DNA of 64,000 bases, taken from positions 36,208,001 through 36,272,000 of the forward strand of contig OZ024753.1 in NCBI GenBank assembly GCA_964016885.1. Reading direction: 5' to 3'. The position numbers and the translations under genes are program-made. This document shows positions 24,996-38,226 of this stretch, in pieces. The DNA is from Eledone cirrhosa. Lineage: Eukaryota. How positions within the stretch are numbered: the stretch's first letter is position 1; every line of letters begins with the position of its first letter. Below the pieces are notes generated by a model. It did no database searches. It was not told the DNA's origin and worked only from the letters and a program-made list of their open reading frames with translations.

Positions 24996-25584
24996 ATGTT
25001 GTTGTTGCCCACTGATATGTATGAGAGGATAAGGTGGCAATTTAGTAGAGTCATTAGAATGTCGGATAGAATGGTTTGCAGTATTAGATCCAGTTCTCTT
25101 CTGTCTGAGTTAGAATCAGTTGAGGTCAATTTTGTCTTTCATTCTTTCGATATCGATAAAAAAGAAGCGCGACTTCAGTTCCGGGGTCGATATATCTCCC
25201 TTTCTCCCTTTCCTTCTCTGGAAGAAAATCGGCCGAGGGAGGGGCTTCGCCAGAAGCAATAATAAGCGCAGACACACTTACACACACACAAACACACGGA
25301 CAGATATAGACACACAAAGAGTTAATCATATTTTATAGTCCAGGTATGATATAGAATTACTCGACTAATTGGTTTACTATAAGATATGGCGTTTATTGTG
25401 ATTTATGTTCGACTTCCTGTACAATAGACTTATTTCATATTTTATGAGTTTATGCCTATTGATGTAAACATTTATATTACCAGTTCTATATAACGATTGA
25501 TAACAGCGCGTGGCTTAGTGGTTAGGGCGTTCCTCTTACGTTCGTATGAGGTCGTGTGTTCAATTCTCAGCGCCGCGTCACACA

Positions 25585-25860
25585 ATGAAATGTGACTTGA
25601 TAGCATATGTCATGTTTTCGCTAAAGGTTTTAGACCCACATCTAGTCGTGAGAAAGACACAGTGACCAGATAGTATGTGTCATACTTTCGCTAAGGGTTT
25701 TAGCCCTCCATGCAATCGTAAGAAGGACACAGTGACTTGAGAGTATGCCATTCTTTCGCTAAGGTCTTTAGGCCTCCATACAGTCGTGAGAAAGACACAG
25801 TGACCTGATAGTATGTGTCACGTTTTAGGCCTCCATGCTGTTGTGAGAGAAACACAGATA
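25585..25860. repeat. ~70-bp degenerate tandem repeat (about 4 copies)
   Basis: GACACAGTGAC..TTTCGCTAAGG recurs at ~70-bp spacing. Confidence 0.75.
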
Positions 25861-26244
25861 CCTTCCCAATCTACCCTCCCTTGATCCCAGCAGAACACCT
25901 AGAGGGCTAAACCAGCGCTGGGCTGGTACTTATCTTTATCGAAAAGATGAAAAACAAAGTGGACCTCGGCAGAATTTGAACCCAAAGAGCAGGGAGCTAG
26001 AACAGATATCCAAAGCTCTGATGACTTTGCCAAATCACCTAGTAGTTTATAAAATAAAATAAAGTACCAGTTATGTACTGGGGTTGATATAGTCGATTGT
26101 CAGCTCTCTTAGTCCCCACAGTTCTGAACTTAAGTCTATGTTAGAAAACAATGAATGAGAACATTTGTCTCATCACGTTCACAATATTGTTGACAATTAT
26201 AAAATATTTAAAATATATTTTGAAACCAGGCAGCCATTACAGGA

Positions 26245-26835
26245 AAGTTGCTGTCGTTGATGTTGTTGATGTTGTAGTCGTTATCGTTGGTGTTATTGTT
26301 GTTACTGCATATTGTTGCTGTTGTTCTTGTTGTTGTTACCATTTATGTTGTTGTTACTGCTGTTGATGTTGTAGTAGTCGTTATCATTGTTGGTGTTGTT
26401 GTTGTTGTTACTGTTGTTCTCGTTGTTGTTGTTACCATTTATGTTGTTACTGCTGTTGATGTTGTTGTCGTTATCATTGTTGTTGGTGTTATTGTTGTTG
26501 TTACTGTTGTTCTCGTTGTTGTTGTTACTGTTGTTCTCGTTGTTGTTGTTACCATTTATGTTGTTGTTACTGCTGTTGATGTTGTTGTAGTCGTTATCAT
26601 TGTTGTTGGTGTTATCGTTGTTGTTGTTCCCATTTATGTTGTTGTCCTTGTTGTTATTGCTGTTGTTACTGTTATTGTTGTTGTTGTTGTTATTGTTGTT
26701 GCTGCTACTGTTGTTCTTGTTGCTGCTGCTACTACTACTACTGTTGCTGTTGTCGTTATTCCTACTGTTGTTGTTGTTGCTACTGTTACTGTTATTGCTA
26801 CTGTTGTTGTTACTGTTATTGTTGTTGTTGTCTTT
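26245..26835. repeat. (GTT)n-rich compound microsatellite
   Basis: Directly visible. Confidence 0.9.
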
Positions 26836-27148
26836 TGCACCTGCAGATATTTGCCTCTCTCACCGTTTACCCCAACCTTCATCTCCACCACCACCTCCAC
26901 CACCGCCACCCCTATCATTATAAACCCCTCTAAACTCAAACACCAGATGGTCATAACCCTACTGCTATGTTAACTCCTTCCTTCCTTCCTTTCTACTGTC
27001 CTTCCTAAAACAACCCCCCCTCCCTCCTTTAATACTGTTTACTTATTTTTTTTAAAGTTTCGTTTTAGTTTTTTATGTTTGTGTTTATGCTTATGTATAT
27101 TTTATTTTATTTTTAATTTTTAATAGCTTATTTCGAAGGAGAAAAAAG

Positions 27149-27194
<46 letters not shown>

Positions 27195-27229
27195 CATACA
27201 AATATATATATACATACAAATATATACAT

Positions 27230-27264
<35 letters not shown>

Positions 27265-27515
27265 CATACAAATATATATATATATACATACAAATATATA
27301 TATACATACAAACAAATATATATATACATACAAACAAATATATATATACATACAAACAAATATATATATACATACAAACAAATATATATATACATACAAA
27401 CAAATATATATATACATACAAACAAATATATATATACATACAAACAAATATATATATACATACAAACAAATATATATATACATACAAATATATATATATA
27501 TATATATATATTCAT

Positions 27516-27570
<55 letters not shown>

Positions 27571-27879
27571 CATACAAATATATATATATATATAGAGAGG
27601 GGGAGAGAGGGGGAGAGATAGCGAGTGAGATAGAGAGTGAGAGAGAGATGGGAGATATATAGAGAGAGATGGGAGATATATAGAGAGAGATGAGATATGA
27701 CGGATTTGTCATGAAACTATTTTGAAGGAATGGGTTAAAATCACAAAACGTGCGAATAAAAAAGATGAAAAAAAAAACCCAAACGAAAAGACGACATTAG
27801 TATGGAGAAAAGGAGCTGTTAAATTGCTTAGGAAAACATGGCTTATTAAGGGGTTTTTAGGGGCTGAATAACAATGATG

Positions 27880-28230
27880 TAGGATTTAGGCACAAAGCCA
27901 ACCATTTTAGGGGAGGGGAAAGTCGATTAAATCGACCCCAGTGCGTTACTGGTACTCTATTTTATCGATCCCGTAAGGATGAAAGGCTAAGTTAATGTCG
28001 GCGGGATTTGAACTTAGAACACAAAGGGACGGAACTATATGCCACAGAGCATATTGTTTGACGCTCTACCGATTCTGCGAATACACCCTCCTTAGGAGCT
28101 GAATAATAATGATTTTTTGATTTAGACAAAAGGCCAGTAATTTTGTGGGGGAAGGGAAAGTCGACCCCAGTGCATTACTGGTACTTTATTCTATTGACTC
28201 TCTCTTTCCGGAAGACAAAGTTGACCCAAC
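27880..28230 (-). mobile_element. Two SINE copies
   Basis: Reverse-complement core ACTGGTACT.TATTTTATCGA..GGATGAAAGGC. Confidence 0.75.
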
Positions 28231-28339
28231 CATAACTTTGATAGGTTTTGGTCAGTATTGGCCCAGGCCATGTCTAACTTAATAGCACCACTTGGCATAT
28301 CATTCCATTTCTTCCCACAATATTCACCATACATCTATT

Positions 28340-28660
28340 CCTCTCACTCAGTCTCTCTCATCCTTCCTCAACACATGTCCCAGCCATCCCATTATATATT
28401 TGTTCACAACATCCATCACCCAGTCACTTTCACCCTTCCTCAACACATGACCAAACCATCTCATTCCAGTTCTCCTCTCAACATTCATCACTGGCTCTAT
28501 TCTCATCACCCAGTCACTTTCACCCTTCCTCAACACATGACCAAACCATCTCATTCCAGTTCTCCTCTCAACATTCATCACTGGCTCTATTCTCATCACC
28601 CAGTCACTTTTACCCTTCCTCAGCACATGACTCCACCATCTCACTCCAGTTATCCTCACA
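28340..28660 (-). repeat. 90-bp tandem repeat derived from an RTE C-terminal coding segment
   Basis: CATCACCCAGTCAC at 28414, 28504 and 28594; the minus strand reads MRWFGHVLRKGESDWV (RTE LRWFGHV motif). Confidence 0.75.
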
Positions 28661-29099
28661 ACAGTCATCGCAGTTTCTAGCTGTTCCTTGTTTGTCACCC
28701 CCCCCCCCCAAGAGATGTAATTAAATACAGCAAAGTATTTAACCCGTAGCTTAACTGGTTCTCGTTAAAAATCAAATAATAATAATAACAAATATAACGA
28801 GGGTCAAAGCTCAAGAAAAAAGAACACACCACCGATGCCGCCATCACTACTACTACCTCCTCCACCAGCAATAAAAACACTACTACTACCACCACCACCA
28901 CCACCTCAACCAACAACAGCAACTCCCCCACCAATAGCATCAAAAATATCATCATCACCACCACCACCACTATCAGCAGCAACTCCCCCACCAATAACAG
29001 CAAAAACATCACCACCACCACCAGCAGTAACACTACCTCTACTACCACCACCACACCCAACACGACCACCAAAAACCACCACTACCACACCACCAATGT

Positions 29100-30625
29100 T
29101 ATTACTACCACCAGCACCACACCACCATCACTACAACCACCCTCAACCAGTTGGACTACCACAAAACCGCCAGCACCACACCGCCATTACCACATCCAAC
29201 ACGACCACCGAAAACCATCAACACCACCACCACCACCACCACTACCACACCATCATCACCACCACCACCCTCAACCAGTAGGTCTACCACAAAACCCCCA
29301 ACACCACCATTACCCCTCACCACCACCACCACACCCAACACGACCACCGAAAACCATCAACACCACCACCACCACCACTACCACACCATCATCACCACAA
29401 CCACCCTCAACCAGTAGGTCTACCACAAAACCACCAACACCACCATTACCCCCTCACCACCACCACCACCACACCCACCACGACCACCGAAAACCATCAA
29501 CACCACCACCACCACCACCACCACTACCACACCATCATCACCACCACCACCCTCAACCAGTAGGTCTACCACAAAACCACCGACACCACTATTACCCCCT
29601 CACCACCACCACCACACCCACCACGACCACCAAAAACCATCAACACCACCACCACCACCACACCATCATCACCACAACCACCCTCAACCAGTAGGTCTAC
29701 CACAAAACCACCAACACCACTATTACCCCCTCACCACCACCACCACCACCACACCCAACACGACCACCAAAAACCATCAACACCACCACCACCACCACTA
29801 CCACACCATCATCACCACCACCACCCTCAACCAGTAGGTCTACCACAAAACCACCAACACCACTATTACCCCCTCACCACCACCACCACACCCACCACAA
29901 CCACCAAAAACCATCAACACCACCACCACCACCACTACCACACCATCATCACCACAACCACCCTCAACCAGTAGGTCTACCACAAAACCACCAACACCAC
30001 TATTACCCCCACACCACCACCACCACCACCACACCCAACACGACCACCAAAAACCATCAACACCACCACCACCACCACCACTACCACACCATCATCACCA
30101 CCACCACCCTCAACCAGTAGGTCTACCACAAAACCACCAACACCACTATTACCCCCACACCACCACCACCACACCCAACACGACCACCGAAAACCATCAA
30201 CACCACCACCACCACCACTACCACACCATCATCACCACAACCACCCCCCAACCAGTAGGTCTACCACAAAACCACCAACACCACTATTACCCCCACACCA
30301 CCACCACCACCACCACACCCAACACGACCACCAAAAACCATCAACACCACCACCACCACCACCACTACCACACCATCATCACCACAACCACCCTCAACCA
30401 GTAGGTCCACCACAAAACCACCGACACCACTATTACCCCCTCACCACCACCACCACACCCAACACGACCACCAAAAACCATCAACACCAGCACCACTACC
30501 ATACCATCAATACTACCACTTCGCCATTACCATTAGCACACCACCATTGCCACAACCACTCTCAACCAGTAGGACCGCCACAAAACCACCAACACCACAC
30601 AACCATTACCCCCTCACCCTCACCA
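29100..30625. repeat. ~130-146-bp C/A-rich minisatellite (~11 copies) with a variable (CAC)n core
   Basis: Anchor AACCAGTAGGTCTACCACAAAACC recurs. Confidence 0.92.
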
Positions 30626-30890
30626 TCATACTCTCAATTATGTATTAAACCTTAAGCAAATAGATTTAAGCATGTTATTCAGCGTGTGAAACCAGATAAT
30701 CGTTTGAATTGTTGACAAGTTTAGTTAAGCTAGGATCTTTCCTTTTTGTTTGGTTTTGTTCATGAGCGAACTTCACGTTGCTCGAGTTTAGCGGGTGGCC
30801 GTGCAATAGAGTTAATTTGGGCGACAATACGAGACAGGTTTCTAACATCAAAGATATTCTCTTCCCTTCTCCCTACTTTCCTCCCTCTTT

Positions 30891-30962
<72 letters not shown>

Positions 30963-31028
30963 GTATATATATACATATACACAATATGCAGAATATAGAG
31001 AGGAAAAAAACAACTCCGTTGCTTTACT

Positions 31029-31063
<35 letters not shown>

Positions 31064-31536
31064 GCATATATATATATATATATATATATGTATACGGTTT
31101 TAAAAAATTATTGATAAACATTCTCTCTCCTTTTATAGATTTATGGGGCTCATGTTGCGTAAATATTGACTAGGAAGAGAGCACTCCAGTTGATGAGGTT
31201 AGTAATGTAGCAAATACGTGTGAGAGTAAGCTGGTAGTGAATTAATGGACTATTGTAAAGCGGTGATCTTTTATGTTATATATGGCTTTCGCTTAGACAA
31301 ATCACATATGCAGGTGGTCGTATCCCTTGCTGAGCAAGTATATTTCATTATAGTGTAGTGTAGTGTAGTGTATATAGGCAAACATAAGCTTAGATATATA
31401 TACACGCACACATAACTTCCACCCAATACACACACACACACACACACACACATAACTTCCACCCAATACACACACACACACACACACACACACATAACTT
31501 CCACCCAATACACACACACACACATACATACATACA

Positions 31537-31566
<30 letters not shown>

Positions 31567-31567
<1 letters not shown>

Positions 31568-32504
31568 GGAATAAAGCCTGATATAAATCTCTCACCCAGA
31601 GAAATCGGAAGATCCTATTCAATGTTCAAACAAGAAAAAAAAATTGACCAATTTACAGAGAAAGTTGTGCATGGATACTTGAGGCGTAAAACACAGACCA
31701 TAGAGGGGATAAACCACTCAAAAAGCCTGGCATGGAGTTCCGACAAGTTTATGACATCACACCTTGAGGGATATCTCTATGCAATACAGGAACAAGAACT
31801 CCCTACCAAATATCTGCTGCACAAAAGAGGAGGGCCAGCAGCTGACAATAAATGTAGGCTATGTAAAACAAAGATCGAGGATGTAAGCCACATTGTTGCC
31901 AGCTGCGAAAGAATGTCATCTCGCTACTACCTCCCCATGAGACACGATGGGATAGCTAGAACCATCTGGAACGCACTTCGGAAAACAAAATTAACAACAA
32001 ACGAGGATGAATATATTGAGACAGATGGCACTAAGGAATACTGGTGGAACCTGAAAATAAAAACTGCCACCAAATTAAAGCACAACCGGCCTGATATTGT
32101 AGTTTGGGACCACACATTGAAAACGTGTTCTGTTGTGGAGATCAGCTGCCCACTTGATGTAAACGTGTCAGAAAAATACAGGAGAAGGAGGACATCTACG
32201 GACCATTGATGAGGAGTTTACAAATCCAGTATCCAAGATACACCTTTAGCTTCATACCCATCATTATTGGTGCTACGGGTTATATACCAACCCGCTTGGA
32301 CCAAAGTATGACCGAACTTGGATTTGCGGACAAAAAGCGCAGCTCTCTAATTCATAGTCTACAAATGGCTGCGATAGCTGGCACCTTCAAAATTTGCAAA
32401 ACATTCTTGCGATTCAAGGGATGACAATTTCTTTTCTTTTACAACCTTGCCACCAGGAAGGTGGCCGGTCAAAAAATATACTCGAAATTAAGAGAAAGAG
32501 AAAA
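31567..32504 (+). mobile_element. 5'-truncated R4/Dong-type non-LTR retrotransposon (restriction-like endonuclease C-terminus) in (TACA)n
   Basis: AIQEQEL, CCHC knuckle CRLC..EDVSHIVASC, RHD, HNRPDIVV..VEISCP, frameshift ~32175, IPIIIGATG; (CATA)n on both flanks. Confidence 0.88.
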
Positions 32505-32578
32505 CATACATACATACATACATACATACATACATACATACATACATACATACATACATACATACATACATACATACA

Positions 32579-32654
<76 letters not shown>

Positions 32655-32660
<6 letters not shown>

Positions 32661-33896
32661 TGGTAATAAAGTAATTTCTGTTTTTTAGTCATGAAATAAA
32701 AGTCATTTTTTTCTTCATACAAAGAATGAACTTTAATCAATTATATATTTTCCATTTTGTTTGATGACCTTTTGCCATCTTTCTGGCAACCTCATGATTC
32801 CGCGCTGATAGAACTTCTAGTCCTTATCAGCCAAAAACTGAAGCAAGTGCGATTATTCAAAGAATTTTGCAACCTTCTAAATAAATGGTAATCTGATGGT
32901 GCAATGTCAAGGCAATATGGTGGACGTCTTCACTGCCCAATCAAGCTCCAATAATTTTTCACGAGTTTGCAAAAACGTGTGTGGTCTAGCGTTGTCATGG
33001 TGGAACACGATTCCTTTACGATTTGCCAATTCTGGCCGTTTTTCTTCGATTGCTTCCTTCAGTTTCATTAGTTGTTGACAGTAAACATCTGAATTGATCG
33101 TTGGGTTCCTTGGAAGCAGCTCAAAATACACAACACCTTTGTAACCCCACCAAATTGACAGCATAACCTTTTTTTTAATGCAATTTACCTTTCGATGTGT
33201 TTTGTGCTGATTCATTACGCTTGGGCCATGATCGTTTTCGATTGATATTATTGCAGACGATCGATGTTTCATCACCAGTGATGATTAGTTTCAAAGAAAG
33301 GTCGATTTCATTGCGTTTGAGATGCATATCGCAAATATTGATTCGTTGTGTTAAGTAAATCTCTTTCAATTTATGTGGAACCGAAATATCGAGCTTCTTA
33401 ACGAGTCCAAGACATTTTAAGTGATTTTCAATTGTTGTGTGATACATTTAACCTCTCTGCAATCTCTCGCACAGTTATATGACAATCAGATTCAATTATG
33501 GCTTTGATTCGGTCATCAACTTCGGTAGGTCGACTAGAATATTGGTCATCTTTGAGTGAAAAATCTCGGAAGGGAATTTTTAAAACCATTACCGACATGT
33601 GTGTTCTGTTAAACAATCAACACCATCAACTTCACATGTCCCTTTCTGAGCCTCAGCAGCTTTCTTGCCTTTATGGCAATAAAAAAGCAAAATATGGCGA
33701 AAATGTTCGTTTTGCACTCCATATTAAAATTGACACTGAACTATCAGCTGTAAACAAAATTACGCGCAATTTGCTTCTAAAATGATCTAAAAGTAACGGC
33801 TATCAAATGTCAAAAGGAAAAAATCATAACATTGACAAAAGTCATTAAAAAACTCGTTACTCTATTTGCGAAAAACGAAATTACTTTCTTGCCAAC

Positions 33897-33900
<4 letters not shown>
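32655..33900 (-). mobile_element. Decayed full-length mariner (Hsmar1/cecropia-like TIRs)
   Basis: TIRs TTGGGTTGGCAAGAAAGTAATTTCGTTTTT. Transposase remnants SVPHKL (WVPHEL), IITGDE, KVMLSIWW, FHHDNARPH; TA target. Confidence 0.92.
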
Positions 33901-33968
<68 letters not shown>

Positions 33969-33972
<4 letters not shown>

Positions 33973-34050
33973 GTTGGCAAGAAAGTAATTTTTTTTTCGC
34001 AAATAGAGTTACGAGTTTTTTAATGACTTTTGTCAATGTTATGATTTTTT

Positions 34051-34052
<2 letters not shown>
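33969..34052 (+). mobile_element. Inverted duplicate of the mariner 5' terminus
   Basis: Near-exact reverse complement of 33816-33900 across a (TA)n spacer. Confidence 0.85.
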
Positions 34053-34099
<47 letters not shown>

Positions 34100-34268
34100 G
34101 TCAATACTCATCTTTTTCCATTTATCTGAGGGTTCTAAACCCCATTATCAGGCTAAAATTCGTTTAGTCAAAAATACAGTGAAAGCTATTCTATTTTCTA
34201 ATTTCAAACCTGCTCACTGTTTCAAAACATACTTACTTGCCATATATATATATACACCTCTATTCTTT

Positions 34269-34304
<36 letters not shown>

Positions 34305-35733
34305 GTTATTTTTATGCTTCTCAATAAAAAAAAAGTCAAAAGACTTTGTCGAGAGCCATAATAATTCAAAATTAAAACATATATGTATATATATAGAGAA
34401 AGAACCATATATCTAAGAGAATACACAATATATTGTATATACAAAGTACATATTTCAAAGAAAAATATGTACTCTAGCATCTAGAGCAAACATGTCAACA
34501 TGTACTCTAACATCCAGAGAGAGTTGACATGTCAATATGTACTCTAGTATCTAGAGAGAGTTGACATGTCTGATGATAGAATACCACAAAGCATTCTCCC
34601 TGCCAATTCGCTACCTTCGTACTAAAGAAAACCTAAGTACACAGATCTAAGTTAACAATAAGACAAGAGACGTCCATCTGTGACCATCCCTTCTTTGTGT
34701 AACAACAGCAACAACTCAGAGCTATGTGGACAGCACGTTTGAAGGGTAAGTGTATGTCTTGGCCAGACACAACACAAAGCGACGATGACATGACACGAAC
34801 CAACAATCACACAGTTGGTTCTTCGTTACCTAATAGATTCGGCTAACTACAACAACGAAAACATCGTTAATATGCATATATTTATGTAAAGATGGTGGAT
34901 TGACAGAATTGGTTGAGCATCGTATAGAATGCCATTGTGGTATTTGCTCTGAGTTTTTACATTCTGAGTTTAAATCCCACCGACGTCAACTTTACCTTTA
35001 ATCCTTCCGGAGCCAATAAAAAGTACCAGTCAAGTATTGGAGTTGATTTAATCATCTTTCAGTCCCCCATTCTACAACCCCCACCAAATTTGCTGGTCTT
35101 GTACCGGAATTAGAATTCAATATTCATATATTCATGCGAAAGAAAAAAAAGGGGTCTCTTTGCCGTTAAATACAACCCCACCTCGTGTAAAAAAAAAGAG
35201 CACCAAAGCCATTCAACTAATGACGTGTATTACAAAATGCCTCTACGGCCAATCTCGTTCCCCTCCCTCAACACATACACAATACTACCCCCTACAAAAA
35301 TTACCCTCCCATTTCAAGTCAAACCCGACAATTTTATTCTTGGCTTCAATTTGCCTACGTAAATACAAGAAAAAAACTCCCCCAAAATATAAAAAAAATA
35401 CAAAAAGAGAAGATAATAATAAATAAAAACAGCGAATTTTGCCAGCGCCTGCTAATCGAACACGCGCATGCGCTAAGAGTATATATATCTCTTATTTCCT
35501 TCCATACAGTTGTCTTGAAAAAGTACACAAAACCCCGTTTTGACGAATGCTTAGAAGTTGAACTTTCTGTTTTACATCCAACATTTTAATTTATTTCTCT
35601 TCAGCACCCCCACATCACCCCACATCACCCCACATCTCTCTATTTCGATTTCTCTCTCTCCCATATCTCTCTGTCTATCAGTCGCCCGTGTCTCTTTCTC
35701 ACCCTCTTTCTCTCTGTCTCCCATGTCTTTCTG

Positions 35734-35766
<33 letters not shown>

Positions 35767-36099
35767 GTCTCCCATGTCTCTCTGCCTATCTCTCTTACAT
35801 TCTTTTTCCATTGCCCCCGCCCCCTCTCTCTCTCTTCATCCCTTTCTCTTTCTGTCTTTCTCTTTCTGTCTTTCTCTATTAGCCTTTCCCTCACTCTCTC
35901 TCTGCCTTTCTCTGCCTACTTCTCTCTCTCTCTCTCTCTTCTACTTATTCTTTACGTTCTGCTCGTTTTTCGTCATTTAGAAGCCATTTTAGTTGAGAGA
36001 ATAATGTATACTTGCGTATATATATATATATATATACACACACACATGAGTGCATGCCTATGTATGTGTATATATATATATATACATATACTGTATACA

Positions 36100-36130
<31 letters not shown>

Positions 36131-36854
36131 GTTTGTGTGTGTATGTGTACGTACTATCACATACATATATGCATATGGTGCTTTGTCAAGACTGGTGTGC
36201 TTGTTTATGTAATTATTATCGGCCCGGTTTTGCTTGCTTCCAGCAATTACCAAACTAGCCACTTGGGCCACAAAATAGATTTTGGGGGAGAAATCTTTTT
36301 CTTGCTGATTTTCCATAACTTTTAGACTTTTTCTTCTATTGTTTTTTTTTTACTAGATTTTTACTTCCACAAATGTTTTTCGCCTCGGGGATAAACTTTC
36401 AGAACGACACTCGCTTCTCTTCGTAGGTTTCCGTACACAACGAGTTTTCGACACTTATCTGGCCTGTGGCACACACAGACCCGCCATATATATGTACACA
36501 AACACATATATATGGGTACACACACATAAACACATACATACACATAATATATACATATATATATATATACATACATATTATATACATACATACATATTAT
36601 ATATATATATTTCTATCAACTTGCTCGCATGTATAGTGACAAAATAAAAAAAAATGTTTATAAGAATATTCGTCCATGTAGGTGTTTGTTTGTGTGTGTA
36701 TGTATGTATATGTATGTATATATATATATATAGAGAGAATGAGATACATACGCAGTCACACACAGAGTGTGTGTGTTAGACAGATTCACAGACAGATAAA
36801 CAATCATATAACATGCTCAACTGTATAAGGAAAACCTCTATTTTTGTGAGCTAC

Positions 36855-37240
36855 GAACACCACCACCAACACCAGTACTACCACCAACACCACCACCAAC
36901 ACCAGTACTACCACCAACACCACCACCAACACCAGTACTACCACCAACTCCAGTACTACCACCAACACCAGTACTACCACCAACGCCACCACCAAGACCA
37001 AGACCAACACCAACACCAGTACTACCACCAACACCACCACCAACACCAGCACCAACACCAGTACTACTACCAACACCACCACCAGCACCAACATCACCAC
37101 CAACACCAGCACCAACACCAACACCAGTACTACCACCAACACCACCACCAACACCAGCACCACCACCAACACCAGTACTACCAACACCAGTACTACCACC
37201 AACACCACCACCACCACCAACACCAGTACTACCACCAAGT
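36855..37240. repeat. CACCAC/CAGTACTAC compound repeat
   Basis: Directly visible; explains the H/Q/Y ORF. Confidence 0.9.
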
Positions 37241-37514
37241 GCCTACTCCCCCCCCCCCCCACCAATGCTGTTGCCACCACCACCACCACCATTGACATAT
37301 CACCAACCCTCCTCCCACCGTCACTCAGGTCGATGCAACTACGGTTTACAGCCAGCGGTTGCATGCGGACATCATTACAGCAGATGTACAACTTCTAATA
37401 TGGCTTATTTAAAGCATGTATGTATGTATGTATGTATGTATGTATGTATGTATGTATGTATGTATGTATGTATGTATGTATGTATGTATGTTGCTGAATG
37501 TTCATGTGCTCGTG

Positions 37515-37548
<34 letters not shown>

Positions 37549-37634
37549 TGTATGTATGTATGTATGTATGTATGTATGTATGCATGTATGTATGTATGTA
37601 TATTGCTGAATGTTCATTTGTTTGTGTGCTCGTG

Positions 37635-37668
<34 letters not shown>

Positions 37669-37806
37669 TGTATGTATGTATGTATGTATGTATGTATGTA
37701 TGTGTATGTAAATATGTGTATATATGTACACACACACATATATATGGATTACTTCCAGTAATCAATACAAGTACAGAATAATCTATCTATCTATGCATAC
37801 CTATAT

Positions 37807-37837
<31 letters not shown>

Positions 37838-38015
37838 ACAAAGGAATTGTGGTAAGGAACCAGATGGACCATAACGCACCAGAGTACTCAATACTTAGGG
37901 TAGCAGAGTTGGAAATAGGAAAAAAGTATGACCCCGACGGCAGAGCTCAAGCCGTTTTGAGTTCAGAAATAGCCGTCGAAGCGGCTTGAGCTCTGCCGTC
38001 GGGGTCATACTTTTT

Positions 38016-38017
<2 letters not shown>
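37838..38017 (-). mobile_element. (TA)n fold-back element, family E copy 3
   Basis: Family tail plus arms GGAAAAAAGTATGACCCCGACGGCAGAGCTCAAGCCG / CGGCTTGAGCTCTGCCGTCGGGGTCATACTTTTTCC. Confidence 0.8.
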
Positions 38018-38062
<45 letters not shown>

Positions 38063-38092
38063 TAAGGTGTCGGTAAACAACCAACACATACT

Positions 38093-38133
<41 letters not shown>

Positions 38134-38179
38134 ATGTGTATGTATGTGAACATATGCATGCACACACCCAAACGCACCT

Positions 38180-38224
<45 letters not shown>

Positions 38225-38226
<2 letters not shown>

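Noticed and set aside
29100-30625. Mucin/extensin-like Pro/Thr/His ORFs
   Set aside because: Units contain stops and vary by non-triplet lengths; a non-coding minisatellite.
34690-34752. Possible exon ending at a GG|GTAAGT donor
   Set aside because: No supported acceptor or recognisable coding frame.
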